From Stellaceae bacterium (lineage in GTDB: Bacteria; Pseudomonadota; Alphaproteobacteria; ATCC43930; CGMCC-115725), in assembly GCA_035509095.1 (NCBI GenBank), contig DATJLY010000139.1:1-30762 (forward strand): a DNA stretch of 30,762 bases, read 5' to 3'. A program made the translations under genes and the position numbers. A model generated the notes under the pieces. That model was not told where the DNA came from, made no database searches, and saw only the letters and a program-made list of their open reading frames with translations. How positions within the stretch are numbered: position 1 is the stretch's first letter; every line of letters starts with the position of its first letter. Of the stretch, positions 18,279 to 25,916 are shown in pieces.

Positions 18279-19541
18279 GTGCACGCCGCTGTCATCATTC
18301 TGGTCTTCGTCGCAACCTATCTGGGCATGGCGGCGGGGCGGTTGCCGTGGCTCAGGGTGGACCGCACGGGCATCGCGCTCTTGGGCGTCATCGCGCTCCT
18401 GGCGAGCGAGGCCACCACGCTCGACGATCTGGGCGCCGACATCGACACCTCGACCCTGGTGCTGCTCTTCGCGCTGATGATCGTATCGGCGCAGTTCGTC
18501 GAGACCGGCTTTTATGATCGCTGCGCCGAATGGATCGTCGCGCGGAATCGCAGCCCGGCGCTGCTCCTCGCGACGACGATCGGCGTCTGTGGCGCATTGT
18601 CGGCGCTGCTCGCGAACGACATCCTGGTCGTTGCCTTGGCGCCGCTGCTGATCGCCGGCGCGCGCGCCAAGGGACTCGATCCGCGCCCGTTCCTGATCGC
18701 CCTTTGCGGCGCGAGCAACGCCGGCTCCGCGGCGACGCTGATCGGCAGCCCGCAGAACATCCTGATCGGGCAGCTCGGCAATCTCAGCTTCGCGTCCTAT
18801 CTCTTCACGGGCGCCGTGCCGGCCGTGATCGGGCTCTTGGCGTTCTACGCGGTGATCTGGTTCTTTTGGCACGACCGCATCGAAGGCACCGTGATGGCGG
18901 TGACCCGCGAGGTGCCGGACGTGCCGCACCATCCCTATGACCGCAACCAGACGATCAAGGGCCTGGTGGCGATGGTGCTGCTGCTCGGTCTCTTCATGAC
19001 GCCGTTGCGGCGCGAGATCGGCGGCCTGCTGATCGCCGGGCTGCTCATGTCGAACCGCAAGATCACCAGCCGCACCATGATCGCGGCGGTCGATTGGCCG
19101 CTGCTGCTGCTTTTCGTGTGCCTTTTCGCGATCACGGGAGCGCTCGCCGATACCGGCCTGCCGTGGAGCTTCCTGACCACGCTCGACGCGCACGGGCTTT
19201 TGCCGGACAGTCTCGTGGTGCTGGCGCCGCTCACCTTGTTCGCGAGCAATGTCATCGGCAACGTGCCGTCGGTCATCCTGCTGCTGCAGATCTGGCCCAA
19301 TCCGCCCCAAGGCGCGCTCTACGCGCTGGCGACGCTGTCATCGCTCTCCGGCAACCTGCTGCTGGTGGGATCGGTCTCGAACCTCATCGTGAGCGACCGC
19401 GCCGAGGCCTATGGCGTGAAATTGAGCTTCGCCGAGTATGCGCGCGTCGGCGTGCCGGCGACCTTGCTCTCGGTCGGATTCGCGATGTTCTGGCTCGCCT
19501 GGACCGGCTGGCTCCCGTGGCTGCCGGGCGGCGGGAACTGA
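18279..19541 (+). CDS. ArsB/NhaD (YbiR-like) anion permease
   Basis: Many hydrophobic helices; RVDRTGIALLG, SALLANDI, ASNAGSAATLIGSPQNILI, NVIGNVP and LLVGSVSNLIV. The GTG start is uncertain. Confidence 0.8.
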   Translation: MHAAVIILVFVATYLGMAAGRLPWLRVDRTGIALLGVIALLASEATTLDDLGADIDTSTLVLLFALMIVSAQFVETGFYDRCAEWIVARNRSPALLLATTIGVCGALSALLANDILVVALAPLLIAGARAKGLDPRPFLIALCGASNAGSAATLIGSPQNILIGQLGNLSFASYLFTGAVPAVIGLLAFYAVIWFFWHDRIEGTVMAVTREVPDVPHHPYDRNQTIKGLVAMVLLLGLFMTPLRREIGGLLIAGLLMSNRKITSRTMIAAVDWPLLLLFVCLFAITGALADTGLPWSFLTTLDAHGLLPDSLVVLAPLTLFASNVIGNVPSVILLLQIWPNPPQGALYALATLSSLSGNLLLVGSVSNLIVSDRAEAYGVKLSFAEYARVGVPATLLSVGFAMFWLAWTGWLPWLPGGGN

Positions 19542-19544
19542 CGG

Positions 19545-20588
19545 CTAGGCGGCCGCCACCGGCTTCGGCTCCTCGACCTCGACCCGGTTGCGGCCTTGCC
19601 GCTTTGCGCGGTAGAGCGCCGCGTCGGCCCGCTCGATGAGGGTGCTGAGGGTTTCGCCGGCCCGATATTGGGCGGCCCCGAAGGAAAGCGTGACCGAGCC
19701 GTACTCGCCGCGCCGGTCCCTGCCGACGAGCTTGCGCCGGGAGAGGCCCACGCGGACCTGATCCGCCACGACCGCCGCTTCGGCAAGCCGGGTCTGCGGC
19801 AGGATGATGGCGAATTCCTCGCCGCCGTAACGGGCGGGCGTGTCGCGGCCTTTGACCGAATCGGTCAGCGTCTTGGCGACAAGGCGCAGCACCTGATCGC
19901 CGATCTGATGGCCGTACGTGTCGTTGAAATGCTTGAAGTGGTCGATGTCGCCGATGAGAAGGCTTAGCGGCTCGCCATGCTCCATCGCTTCGCGGGCGGC
20001 TTCGCGCAGCCGCAACTCGAAGGATTTCCGGTTCGGGATGCCGGTCAGCGCGTCCGTCAGCGCTTCGCGCTGAACGCTTTCGAGATTCTGCCGCAGCTCG
20101 TTCACTTCGTCGGCGGTGCGTCCCAGCCGCTCCTCGAGCTGCCGGTTGCGCTCGGCGACGCGCTGCGTCTCGACCAACAGGTCGTCGATGAGCGCGCGCA
20201 TGCCTTCGGCTTCGCCTTCGCCGATCGCGGTGCTGAAATCGTCGAGGGTGCGTCCGAACGCGTTGGCGTCGCCGGCCGCGGATTCGAGCTGCTTTTTCAA
20301 CTGATCGACGATGTGCCGCAAGCGCCCGCCGGCGGCGGTGAGGAGCTTGATCTGCCCGCCTTCGTCGAAGAAGCGCGCATAGAGCTCGGCGCTGATCTCG
20401 GGCGTGATCGGCTGCTTGTTCGAGACCAGGATGTCCAGCACCCGCTTCAGCTCGGGCACCGTGCCGGAGAGGTAGGCGTACCAGACCGCGTAGTTCTGTG
20501 GCGTCGGCGGCACGTCCCGGGTGGCCATCGCCGCCAGCGCGTTCTCACCAAATTTCCGCACCAGCGCCGACTCGCCGGACCCCGTCAT
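19545..20588 (-). CDS. Soluble diguanylate cyclase (GGDEF), VdcA/DgcB-like architecture
   Basis: N-terminal PPTPQNYAVWYAY, a coiled coil, then DALTGIPNRK, DIDHFKHFNDTYGHQIGD and RYGGEEF. ATG at 20588 has a GGAGG SD. Confidence 0.92.
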   Translation of the reverse strand: MTGSGESALVRKFGENALAAMATRDVPPTPQNYAVWYAYLSGTVPELKRVLDILVSNKQPITPEISAELYARFFDEGGQIKLLTAAGGRLRHIVDQLKKQLESAAGDANAFGRTLDDFSTAIGEGEAEGMRALIDDLLVETQRVAERNRQLEERLGRTADEVNELRQNLESVQREALTDALTGIPNRKSFELRLREAAREAMEHGEPLSLLIGDIDHFKHFNDTYGHQIGDQVLRLVAKTLTDSVKGRDTPARYGGEEFAIILPQTRLAEAAVVADQVRVGLSRRKLVGRDRRGEYGSVTLSFGAAQYRAGETLSTLIERADAALYRAKRQGRNRVEVEEPKPVAAA

Positions 20589-20615
20589 CGCTTCCTCCAG
20601 GACACCCCGAAGGGT

Positions 20616-20646
20616 CTTAGCAGGTGAAGGGTTAACGATCCGCCAA
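20616..20646 (-). promoter_or_regulatory. Candidate CtrA-type promoter of the GGDEF gene
   Basis: On the - strand: TTGG-N7-TTAAC, then GCTAAG 10 nt after TTAA. The match is a half-site plus a degenerate half. Confidence 0.35.
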
Positions 20647-21171
20647 CGGCGACGGATCACGCGTCTTGCGCGGAAGCGCGATGGCGTGGCCGGCCTCGGC
20701 CGGACGGGCGAGGCGCCCATGGGATGCGGCCAGCGCGTCGAGCCGCCGCAAGGTTTCCTCGGGCCAGGCCGCGGCGCGGCGGGTCCCGAAATCGATATTC
20801 ATCATGAGAAGCTCGTTGGTGGCGGCGCGCCAGCCCTCGGTTCCGTGATAAAGGACGTGAAAGAAATGCGCCCGCTTGTCGTCGTGCGCGAGAAGCTGGG
20901 TGGTGACGCGCATCGGGTCGCCGGCCCTTAGCTCGCGCAGGAAGGTGGCATGGGTCTCGAGGATGAAGACCATGCCCAGCCGGTGCTCGACATAGGGCCA
21001 GGCAACGCCAAGCTGCTCGCAGAACGTGTCGGTCGCGTGATCGAAGGCGACGATGTAATAGCCGACATTCATGTGGCCGTTGGCGTCGACCCATTCGGGC
21101 CGCACCGACGCGCGATGGCGGTCGAGCGGCGCGGCAAGATCGAGATCCGGCAGCGGATAAGGGAAGGCCAC
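20632..21171 (-). CDS. 4HBT-like hotdog-fold thioesterase
   Basis: VRPEWVDANGHMNVGYY..AFD.ATD, FLRELRAGD and AHDDKRAHFFH. GTG start. Confidence 0.85.
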   Translation of the reverse strand: MAFPYPLPDLDLAAPLDRHRASVRPEWVDANGHMNVGYYIVAFDHATDTFCEQLGVAWPYVEHRLGMVFILETHATFLRELRAGDPMRVTTQLLAHDDKRAHFFHVLYHGTEGWRAATNELLMMNIDFGTRRAAAWPEETLRRLDALAASHGRLARPAEAGHAIALPRKTRDPSPLADR

Positions 21172-21180
21172 GATCGGGAG

Positions 21181-21209
21181 ATCGTGCCCGCCATTTCCCG
21201 TGCGTCAAG
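21181..21209 (-). promoter_or_regulatory. Putative promoter of the thioesterase gene
   Basis: On the - strand: CTTGAC (21209-21204), 17 nt, CACGAT (21186-21181), immediately after the sRNA terminator. It would give a near-leaderless mRNA. Confidence 0.4.
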
Positions 21210-21216
21210 CGCGGGC

Positions 21217-21244
21217 AAAAAAATGGGCCGCACGAGGCGGCCCA
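21217..21244 (-). terminator. Rho-independent terminator of the sRNA (possibly also of the amidase transcript)
   Basis: 8-bp stem TGGGCCGC/GCGGCCCA, 5-nt loop, seven T on the - strand. Confidence 0.9.
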
Positions 21245-21304
21245 AGTTTTGGGAGGAAAAGCCCGAAAGATCGCGGTAGAGGCCGGGGGAGGCCCATGTA
21301 CCGC
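21217..21304 (-). ncRNA. suhB/alpha-r8 (MmgR-like) small RNA
   Basis: GCGGUA-CAU-G-GGCC-UCCCCC-GGCC-UC-UACCGC hairpin, then a single-stranded UUUUCCUCCC, then UGGGCCGC-CUCGU-GCGGCCCA-U7 terminator. This matches the recalled suhB/MmgR UUUCCUCCC-plus-terminator architecture. The 5' end is inferred from the -10 box. Confidence 0.8.
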
Positions 21305-21310
21305 GCGATG

Positions 21311-21343
21311 CTTATAGGGCTTCACCCCTCAAGAAATGGTTAA
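21311..21343 (-). promoter_or_regulatory. Candidate CtrA box and -10 element of the sRNA promoter
   Basis: On the - strand: TTAACCATTTCTTGA (TTAA-N7-TTGA, containing TTAACCAT) at 21343-21329, then TATAAG at 21316-21311. No conventional -35 is present. Confidence 0.55.
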
Positions 21344-21348
21344 GAGGC

Positions 21349-22152
21349 TCAGACACGCGCGCCGCCATTGAAAAAATCGTCGACCGACCGCGTGAGACCG
21401 ACCGCGAGCTTTCGCCGATAAGACGAAAGCTGCAGCAGCGATTCTTCCTGGCGATTGGAAAGGGCGCCGATCTCGACGAGTGCCGACGGAATATCCGGCG
21501 CTTTCAGCACCGCGAACCCGGCCGAGCGGTGGCTGTTTTGCAGCATCGTGACGCGGCGGCTCAGCTCGCTCACGAGATCGCGCGCCAGCCGGATCGATTC
21601 GTTGTTGGTCTCGCGCTGCGCGAGGTCGAGCAGGATGTTGGCGACTTCGGGCGCGTGATGCGACAGATCGACGCCGGCGACGAGATCGGCCTGATTCTCG
21701 CGGGCGGCGATCAAGGCGGCTTCGCGGTCCGAGGCTTGCTCGGACAGCGTGAAGACGGTGGCGCCGCGAAACCGCTCGTCCGGCAGCGCGTCGGCGTGGA
21801 TCGACAGGAAGAGATCGGCATTTGCCGCCCGCGCCCGCGCAACCCGGTCGGCAAGCGGAATGAACTCGTCTTCGTCCCGGGTGAGCCTTACCCGAAACCG
21901 CCCGGTTCCCTCGAGCTCGCGCGCAAGCTCGAGCGCGGTCGCGAGCGCGATGTCCTTCTCGAACACGCCGCTGGCGCCGATGCAGCCGGGATCGATGCCG
22001 CCATGGCCGGGATCGAGCATGATCAGGCGCTGCGGCAACTGCAGACGCTTTGCCTGCGCCCAGGGTGCCGCCAGCATCGTGGCGGCGGCGCTCAAGGCGC
22101 CAAGAAACCGACGCCGATTCAGGAGATTAAACTGCACGGCTTGTTTCTCCAC
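21349..22152 (-). CDS. N-acetylmuramoyl-L-alanine amidase (Amidase_3) with Tat signal, no AMIN domain
   Basis: NRRRFL twin-arginine signal ending AQA; DPGHGG, EK, SIHAD and VEIG Zn/catalytic motifs. GTG 22152 has a GGGGGAG SD (GTG 22137 is an alternative). Confidence 0.9.
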   Translation of the reverse strand: MEKQAVQFNLLNRRRFLGALSAAATMLAAPWAQAKRLQLPQRLIMLDPGHGGIDPGCIGASGVFEKDIALATALELARELEGTGRFRVRLTRDEDEFIPLADRVARARAANADLFLSIHADALPDERFRGATVFTLSEQASDREAALIAARENQADLVAGVDLSHHAPEVANILLDLAQRETNNESIRLARDLVSELSRRVTMLQNSHRSAGFAVLKAPDIPSALVEIGALSNRQEESLLQLSSYRRKLAVGLTRSVDDFFNGGARV

Positions 22153-22204
22153 ATTTAGTACTCCCCCGCCGAACCCCCACAATATCTTGATTCAAGCGGG
22201 ATTT

Positions 22205-22233
22205 ACTATATGTGGAGCTTTAGGAAAAGTCCA
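22205..22233 (-). promoter_or_regulatory. Putative sigma70 promoter of the amidase gene
   Basis: On the - strand: TGGACT (22233-22228), 17 nt, TATAGT (22210-22205), in an AT-rich intergenic stretch. Confidence 0.5.
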
Positions 22234-22269
22234 TATCTTCTTGCACTACATGACTTTTCTCGGCCGTTT

Positions 22270-23436
22270 CTATCGGAGCCGTTGCAGGATGCTCACATAG
22301 TTGGCGACTGCCGCGCCTCCCATATTGAAGACCGCGCACAGATCGGCGTCCTTGACCTGGATGCCGCCCGCGGTCCCGGTGAGCTGCATCGCCTGGAGCA
22401 CGTGCATCGACACGCCCGTCGCGCCGATCGGGTGGCCTTTGGATTTGAGGCCGCCCGAGGGATTGACCGGCAGGCGCCCGTCTTTTTCGACCCACCCTTC
22501 GGTGATCGCGCGGCTGCCCTCGCCCGGCGGCGTCAGCCCCATCGCCTCGTAGGTCAAAAGCTCGGCGATGGTGAAGCAGTCATGCACTTCGGCGCAGGAG
22601 AGATCGTCGAGCCCGACGCGTGCCGCCGCGAGCGCCCGTTGCCAGGCGAGCGCCGGCCCTTCATAGGCGAGAATGTCGCGCCGGCTCATGGGCAGGAAGT
22701 CGTTGACCTGCTCGGCCGCGCGGAACACGACGGCCTTAGGGCAGGCAAGGGCGGTCTCGACATCGGCAAGCACCAGCGCCGCCGCACCGTCGGAGACGAG
22801 CGAGCAGTCGGTGCGGCGCAGCGGCCCCGCGACCAGGGGATTCTTGTCCGAGACGGTGCGACAGAACTCGTAGCCCAGATCCTTCTGCAATTGCGCCAAC
22901 GGGTTGCTTGCGCCGTTGCGGTGGTTCTTGGCGGCGATCCGCGCGAGCGCGTCGCCCGCGTCGCCATAGCGCTGATAATAGGATTCGGCGATGCGGCCGA
23001 AGACGCCGGCAAAGCCGCCCGCGATCTCGCCCTCTTCGCGCAGATAGGCCGCGCGGATCAGGATGTCGCCGACCTGGGGTCCCGCGATCTCGGTCATCTT
23101 CTCGACGCCGATGATGAGCGCGATGCGCGCGCGATGCGCCGCGATCGCGTTCAATCCCTGATGGATCGCGGCCGATCCGGTCGCGCACGCATTTTCGACC
23201 CGGGTCGTGCGCTTGAAGCGCAGCGCGGGATCGAGCGCCAGCGCAAGCGAGGATGGGAATTCCTGGCGCGTGAAGCCGCCATTGAAGGTGCCGACGAAGA
23301 TCTCGTCGATGTCGGCGGGCGCGATCCCGGCGTCGGCGAGCGCGTCGCCCGCCACTTTGAGGATCAGGGATTCGATGTCCTCGCCCTCGAGCTTGCCGAA
23401 CCGCGAATGGGCCCAGCCGACGATGCAGGCGGTCAT
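22270..23436 (-). CDS. Thiolase-family acetyl-CoA acyltransferase, SCP2/SCP-x type
   Basis: ENACATG, EVHDCF, KGHPIGATG and FNMGG motifs; AAGGAGG SD. Confidence 0.88.
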   Translation of the reverse strand: MTACIVGWAHSRFGKLEGEDIESLILKVAGDALADAGIAPADIDEIFVGTFNGGFTRQEFPSSLALALDPALRFKRTTRVENACATGSAAIHQGLNAIAAHRARIALIIGVEKMTEIAGPQVGDILIRAAYLREEGEIAGGFAGVFGRIAESYYQRYGDAGDALARIAAKNHRNGASNPLAQLQKDLGYEFCRTVSDKNPLVAGPLRRTDCSLVSDGAAALVLADVETALACPKAVVFRAAEQVNDFLPMSRRDILAYEGPALAWQRALAAARVGLDDLSCAEVHDCFTIAELLTYEAMGLTPPGEGSRAITEGWVEKDGRLPVNPSGGLKSKGHPIGATGVSMHVLQAMQLTGTAGGIQVKDADLCAVFNMGGAAVANYVSILQRLR

Positions 23437-23514
23437 GCCTCATTCCTCCTTAAGTCCGCTTGCTCCAGGATATAGTACGCCCCGCCGCGAGACCCAATCC
23501 GCGAGGAGGCAGAT

Positions 23515-23988
23515 ATGGAGATAAGGCGCGTCGTCACCGGCCACGATGAGAAGGGTCGGGCCGTCTTCAAGAGCGACGAGGCGATCGCCGGCACGCCGGT
23601 CGAAGGCGGCGTCGCCGAATTCGCGCTGTGCTGGACCACAGACCGCAGCCCGGCCGACAATGACGATCCCGTCGACGGCGCGACGCGCGCGGTCGGGCTC
23701 GCCTGTCCCGGCGGGACGGTGCTGCGCTTCGTCGACATCGCGCCGGGGCGCCGCTCGCCCATGCATCGTACCAACTCGATCGATTACGGCATCGTGATCT
23801 CGGGCGAGCTCGATCTCGAGCTCGACGACGGCGCGATGACGCATTTGCGGCCCGGCGACGTCGTCGTGCAGCGCGGCACCATGCACGCCTGGGTCAATAA
23901 CGGCGCGAATTGGTGCCGCATCGCTTTCGTGCTGATCGACGCCAAGCCCGCGAGCGTTGGCGGCAAGGTGCTGCCGCCAACGCATTGA
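23515..23988 (+). CDS. Cupin_2 domain protein
   Basis: RRVVTGHD, PMHRTNSIDYGIVISGE and GDVVVQRGTMHAW; GAGGAGG SD. Confidence 0.85.
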   Translation: MEIRRVVTGHDEKGRAVFKSDEAIAGTPVEGGVAEFALCWTTDRSPADNDDPVDGATRAVGLACPGGTVLRFVDIAPGRRSPMHRTNSIDYGIVISGELDLELDDGAMTHLRPGDVVVQRGTMHAWVNNGANWCRIAFVLIDAKPASVGGKVLPPTH

Positions 23989-23994
23989 CGCTCG

Positions 23995-24822
23995 CTAGTC
24001 CACCTTCACCGGGCCGAGGCCGGGGCGGTATTCCTTTTTGTCGAGGAATTTGTCCATGCCCTGGGCGCGCGAGCCTTTGGCATCGGCAAAGCGCAGCGCC
24101 ATGTTCTTCACCGAGAGATATTCATAGGCCGACGGCACGTCCATGTTGGCGACGTGGCGCAGCGCCTGCTTGGTGAAGGCAAGCGGCACCGGCGGCTTTT
24201 CCATCAGCTCCTTCGCGAGCTTCACCGTCTCCGCGCGCAGGTCGGCCGCGGGCACGGACATGTTGACGAGCTTCATCGCCGCCGCCTCCTTGCCGTCGAA
24301 GGTGCGGCCGGTCATCGCATAGAACATGCCGTCGCGCGTCGACATCATGTCGGCCACGACCTTCGACACGAGCCCGCCCGGGATGATGCCCCAGTTGATC
24401 TCCGACAGGCCAAAGGTCGCCTCATCGGACGCGATCGCAAGGTCGCACGCGCAAAGCGGCACGAAGGCGCCGCCGAAGCAGAAGCCGTGCACCATGGCGA
24501 TGGTCGGCTTGCGGCAGTTCGAGATGCATTCCCATTGCCAGCGCTTGTTGGCCATCCAGGCGCGGAACTGCTCGTCGGGCCGGTTGTCGTTGGCGCGGAA
24601 ATATTCCCTCAGATCCATGCCGGCGCTCCAGGACGGACCCTTGCCGGCAAGGACGATGACCTTGGTCTCCTCGTCGGTCTCGTATTTGAGCCAGGCCTGC
24701 TCCATGTCGAAGCAGAGCTGCGGGCTCATCGCGTTCCGCTTCTCGGGCCGATTGAAATAGATCCAGGTGATCCCGCCCTCTTTCTCGATCTTGACGGTTT
24801 CGTAGCTGTCGGTGGTGGCCAT
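23995..24822 (-). CDS. p-Hydroxycinnamoyl-CoA hydratase/lyase (HCHL/Ech)-like crotonase
   Basis: NRPEKRNAMSP, SAGMDLREYF, WQW, CFGG, LSEINWGI and the C-terminal QGMDKFLDKKEYRPGL are characteristic of the HCHL subfamily. Confidence 0.85.
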   Translation of the reverse strand: MATTDSYETVKIEKEGGITWIYFNRPEKRNAMSPQLCFDMEQAWLKYETDEETKVIVLAGKGPSWSAGMDLREYFRANDNRPDEQFRAWMANKRWQWECISNCRKPTIAMVHGFCFGGAFVPLCACDLAIASDEATFGLSEINWGIIPGGLVSKVVADMMSTRDGMFYAMTGRTFDGKEAAAMKLVNMSVPAADLRAETVKLAKELMEKPPVPLAFTKQALRHVANMDVPSAYEYLSVKNMALRFADAKGSRAQGMDKFLDKKEYRPGLGPVKVD

Positions 24823-24849
24823 GTGTCGCCTTGCCTTTCGCTGTGAGTG

Positions 24850-25863
24850 TCAGGATTTCGCCAGCCCGTCGACGAAACGGTTGGTATAGAAAGCCGTGGG
24901 GTCGGTCGCGTCAATGATGCCGGCCTCGCGCATGCCGGCGACGCCGCTGGCCCAAAGCGACGGGACGTTGTGCAACAGTGTCTCCTTGCCTTCGGCAAGC
25001 CAGATCTGTTGCGCATAGGCTTCTTCGAGCGCGACCAGCGTGTCGAGGTCCTTGATGCGCGGTATGTCGAAATCCTTGGCCGCGCGCTGGAAGATCGGGC
25101 CGTCCGGTCCCGCGATGAGCTCGTCGACCGACGCCTTCAGCGCCTTGAGCGTGCGCTGAACCATATCGGGCTTCTTCGCCACCATGTCGCGCGTCGTGTA
25201 ATAGAGCGCGCCCGGCGCCGGTATCACCTTGTCGATGTCGAGAAGGACGATCTTCTCGCCCATCCGTTCCAGGGTGAACGCGGTCGGGAAGTTGCAGATG
25301 AAGCAGTCGATGCGGCCCTGGCGGATGAGCTCGATCTCGCCGGGGCTGTTGCCGGCCACCACGCGCTTTGACTCGGCGGGCTTCTTGCCGGCCTTGATCA
25401 TGGTGATGTCGATCAGATCCTCCGACAATCCGCCGACCGAGATCGCGCCGATCGTCTTGCCGACGAGATCGGCGCCGGTTCGCACCGGGTGCTCCGGCAG
25501 GCTGACGATGCGGAAACCGATCCGTTGTCCGATCGTGGCGATCGCGACGAGCGGCGCGTGGCGCGCGGCGACCGCGCGGATCAGGTCGGGGCTCGAGAGA
25601 TAGCCGAATTGCGCCTGGCCCCCCAGCACCAGCTCGAGCGAGGCGGCGCTGCCGGGCGGGCCGACCACCTTGGCCGAAAGGCCCTCTTTGGCGAAATGCC
25701 CGCCCGAATAGGCGTTCATGATGTCGATGAACGCCGGATCGAAGGCTTGCGGCGTCGTGAACACGATCTCGTCCGCGGCGCGCGCGGGCGGAACCAAGGC
25801 GGGAAATCCAAGGACGGCGCCGGCGGCGGCCGCGCCCTTCAGCACCTCGCGTCGCGTGGTCAT
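24850..25863 (-). CDS. ABC transporter substrate-binding protein, NMT1/THI5-like, Tat-exported
   Basis: MTTRREVLK Tat signal ending ARA; GHFAKEGL and DLVGKTIG segments. ATG 25863 has an AGGGGGA SD. Confidence 0.85.
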   Translation of the reverse strand: MTTRREVLKGAAAAGAVLGFPALVPPARAADEIVFTTPQAFDPAFIDIMNAYSGGHFAKEGLSAKVVGPPGSAASLELVLGGQAQFGYLSSPDLIRAVAARHAPLVAIATIGQRIGFRIVSLPEHPVRTGADLVGKTIGAISVGGLSEDLIDITMIKAGKKPAESKRVVAGNSPGEIELIRQGRIDCFICNFPTAFTLERMGEKIVLLDIDKVIPAPGALYYTTRDMVAKKPDMVQRTLKALKASVDELIAGPDGPIFQRAAKDFDIPRIKDLDTLVALEEAYAQQIWLAEGKETLLHNVPSLWASGVAGMREAGIIDATDPTAFYTNRFVDGLAKS

Positions 25864-25916
25864 CGTTTCCCCCTGATGGACACTCATACGGCGTCCCGCG
25901 ACGACGATAGCATTTT

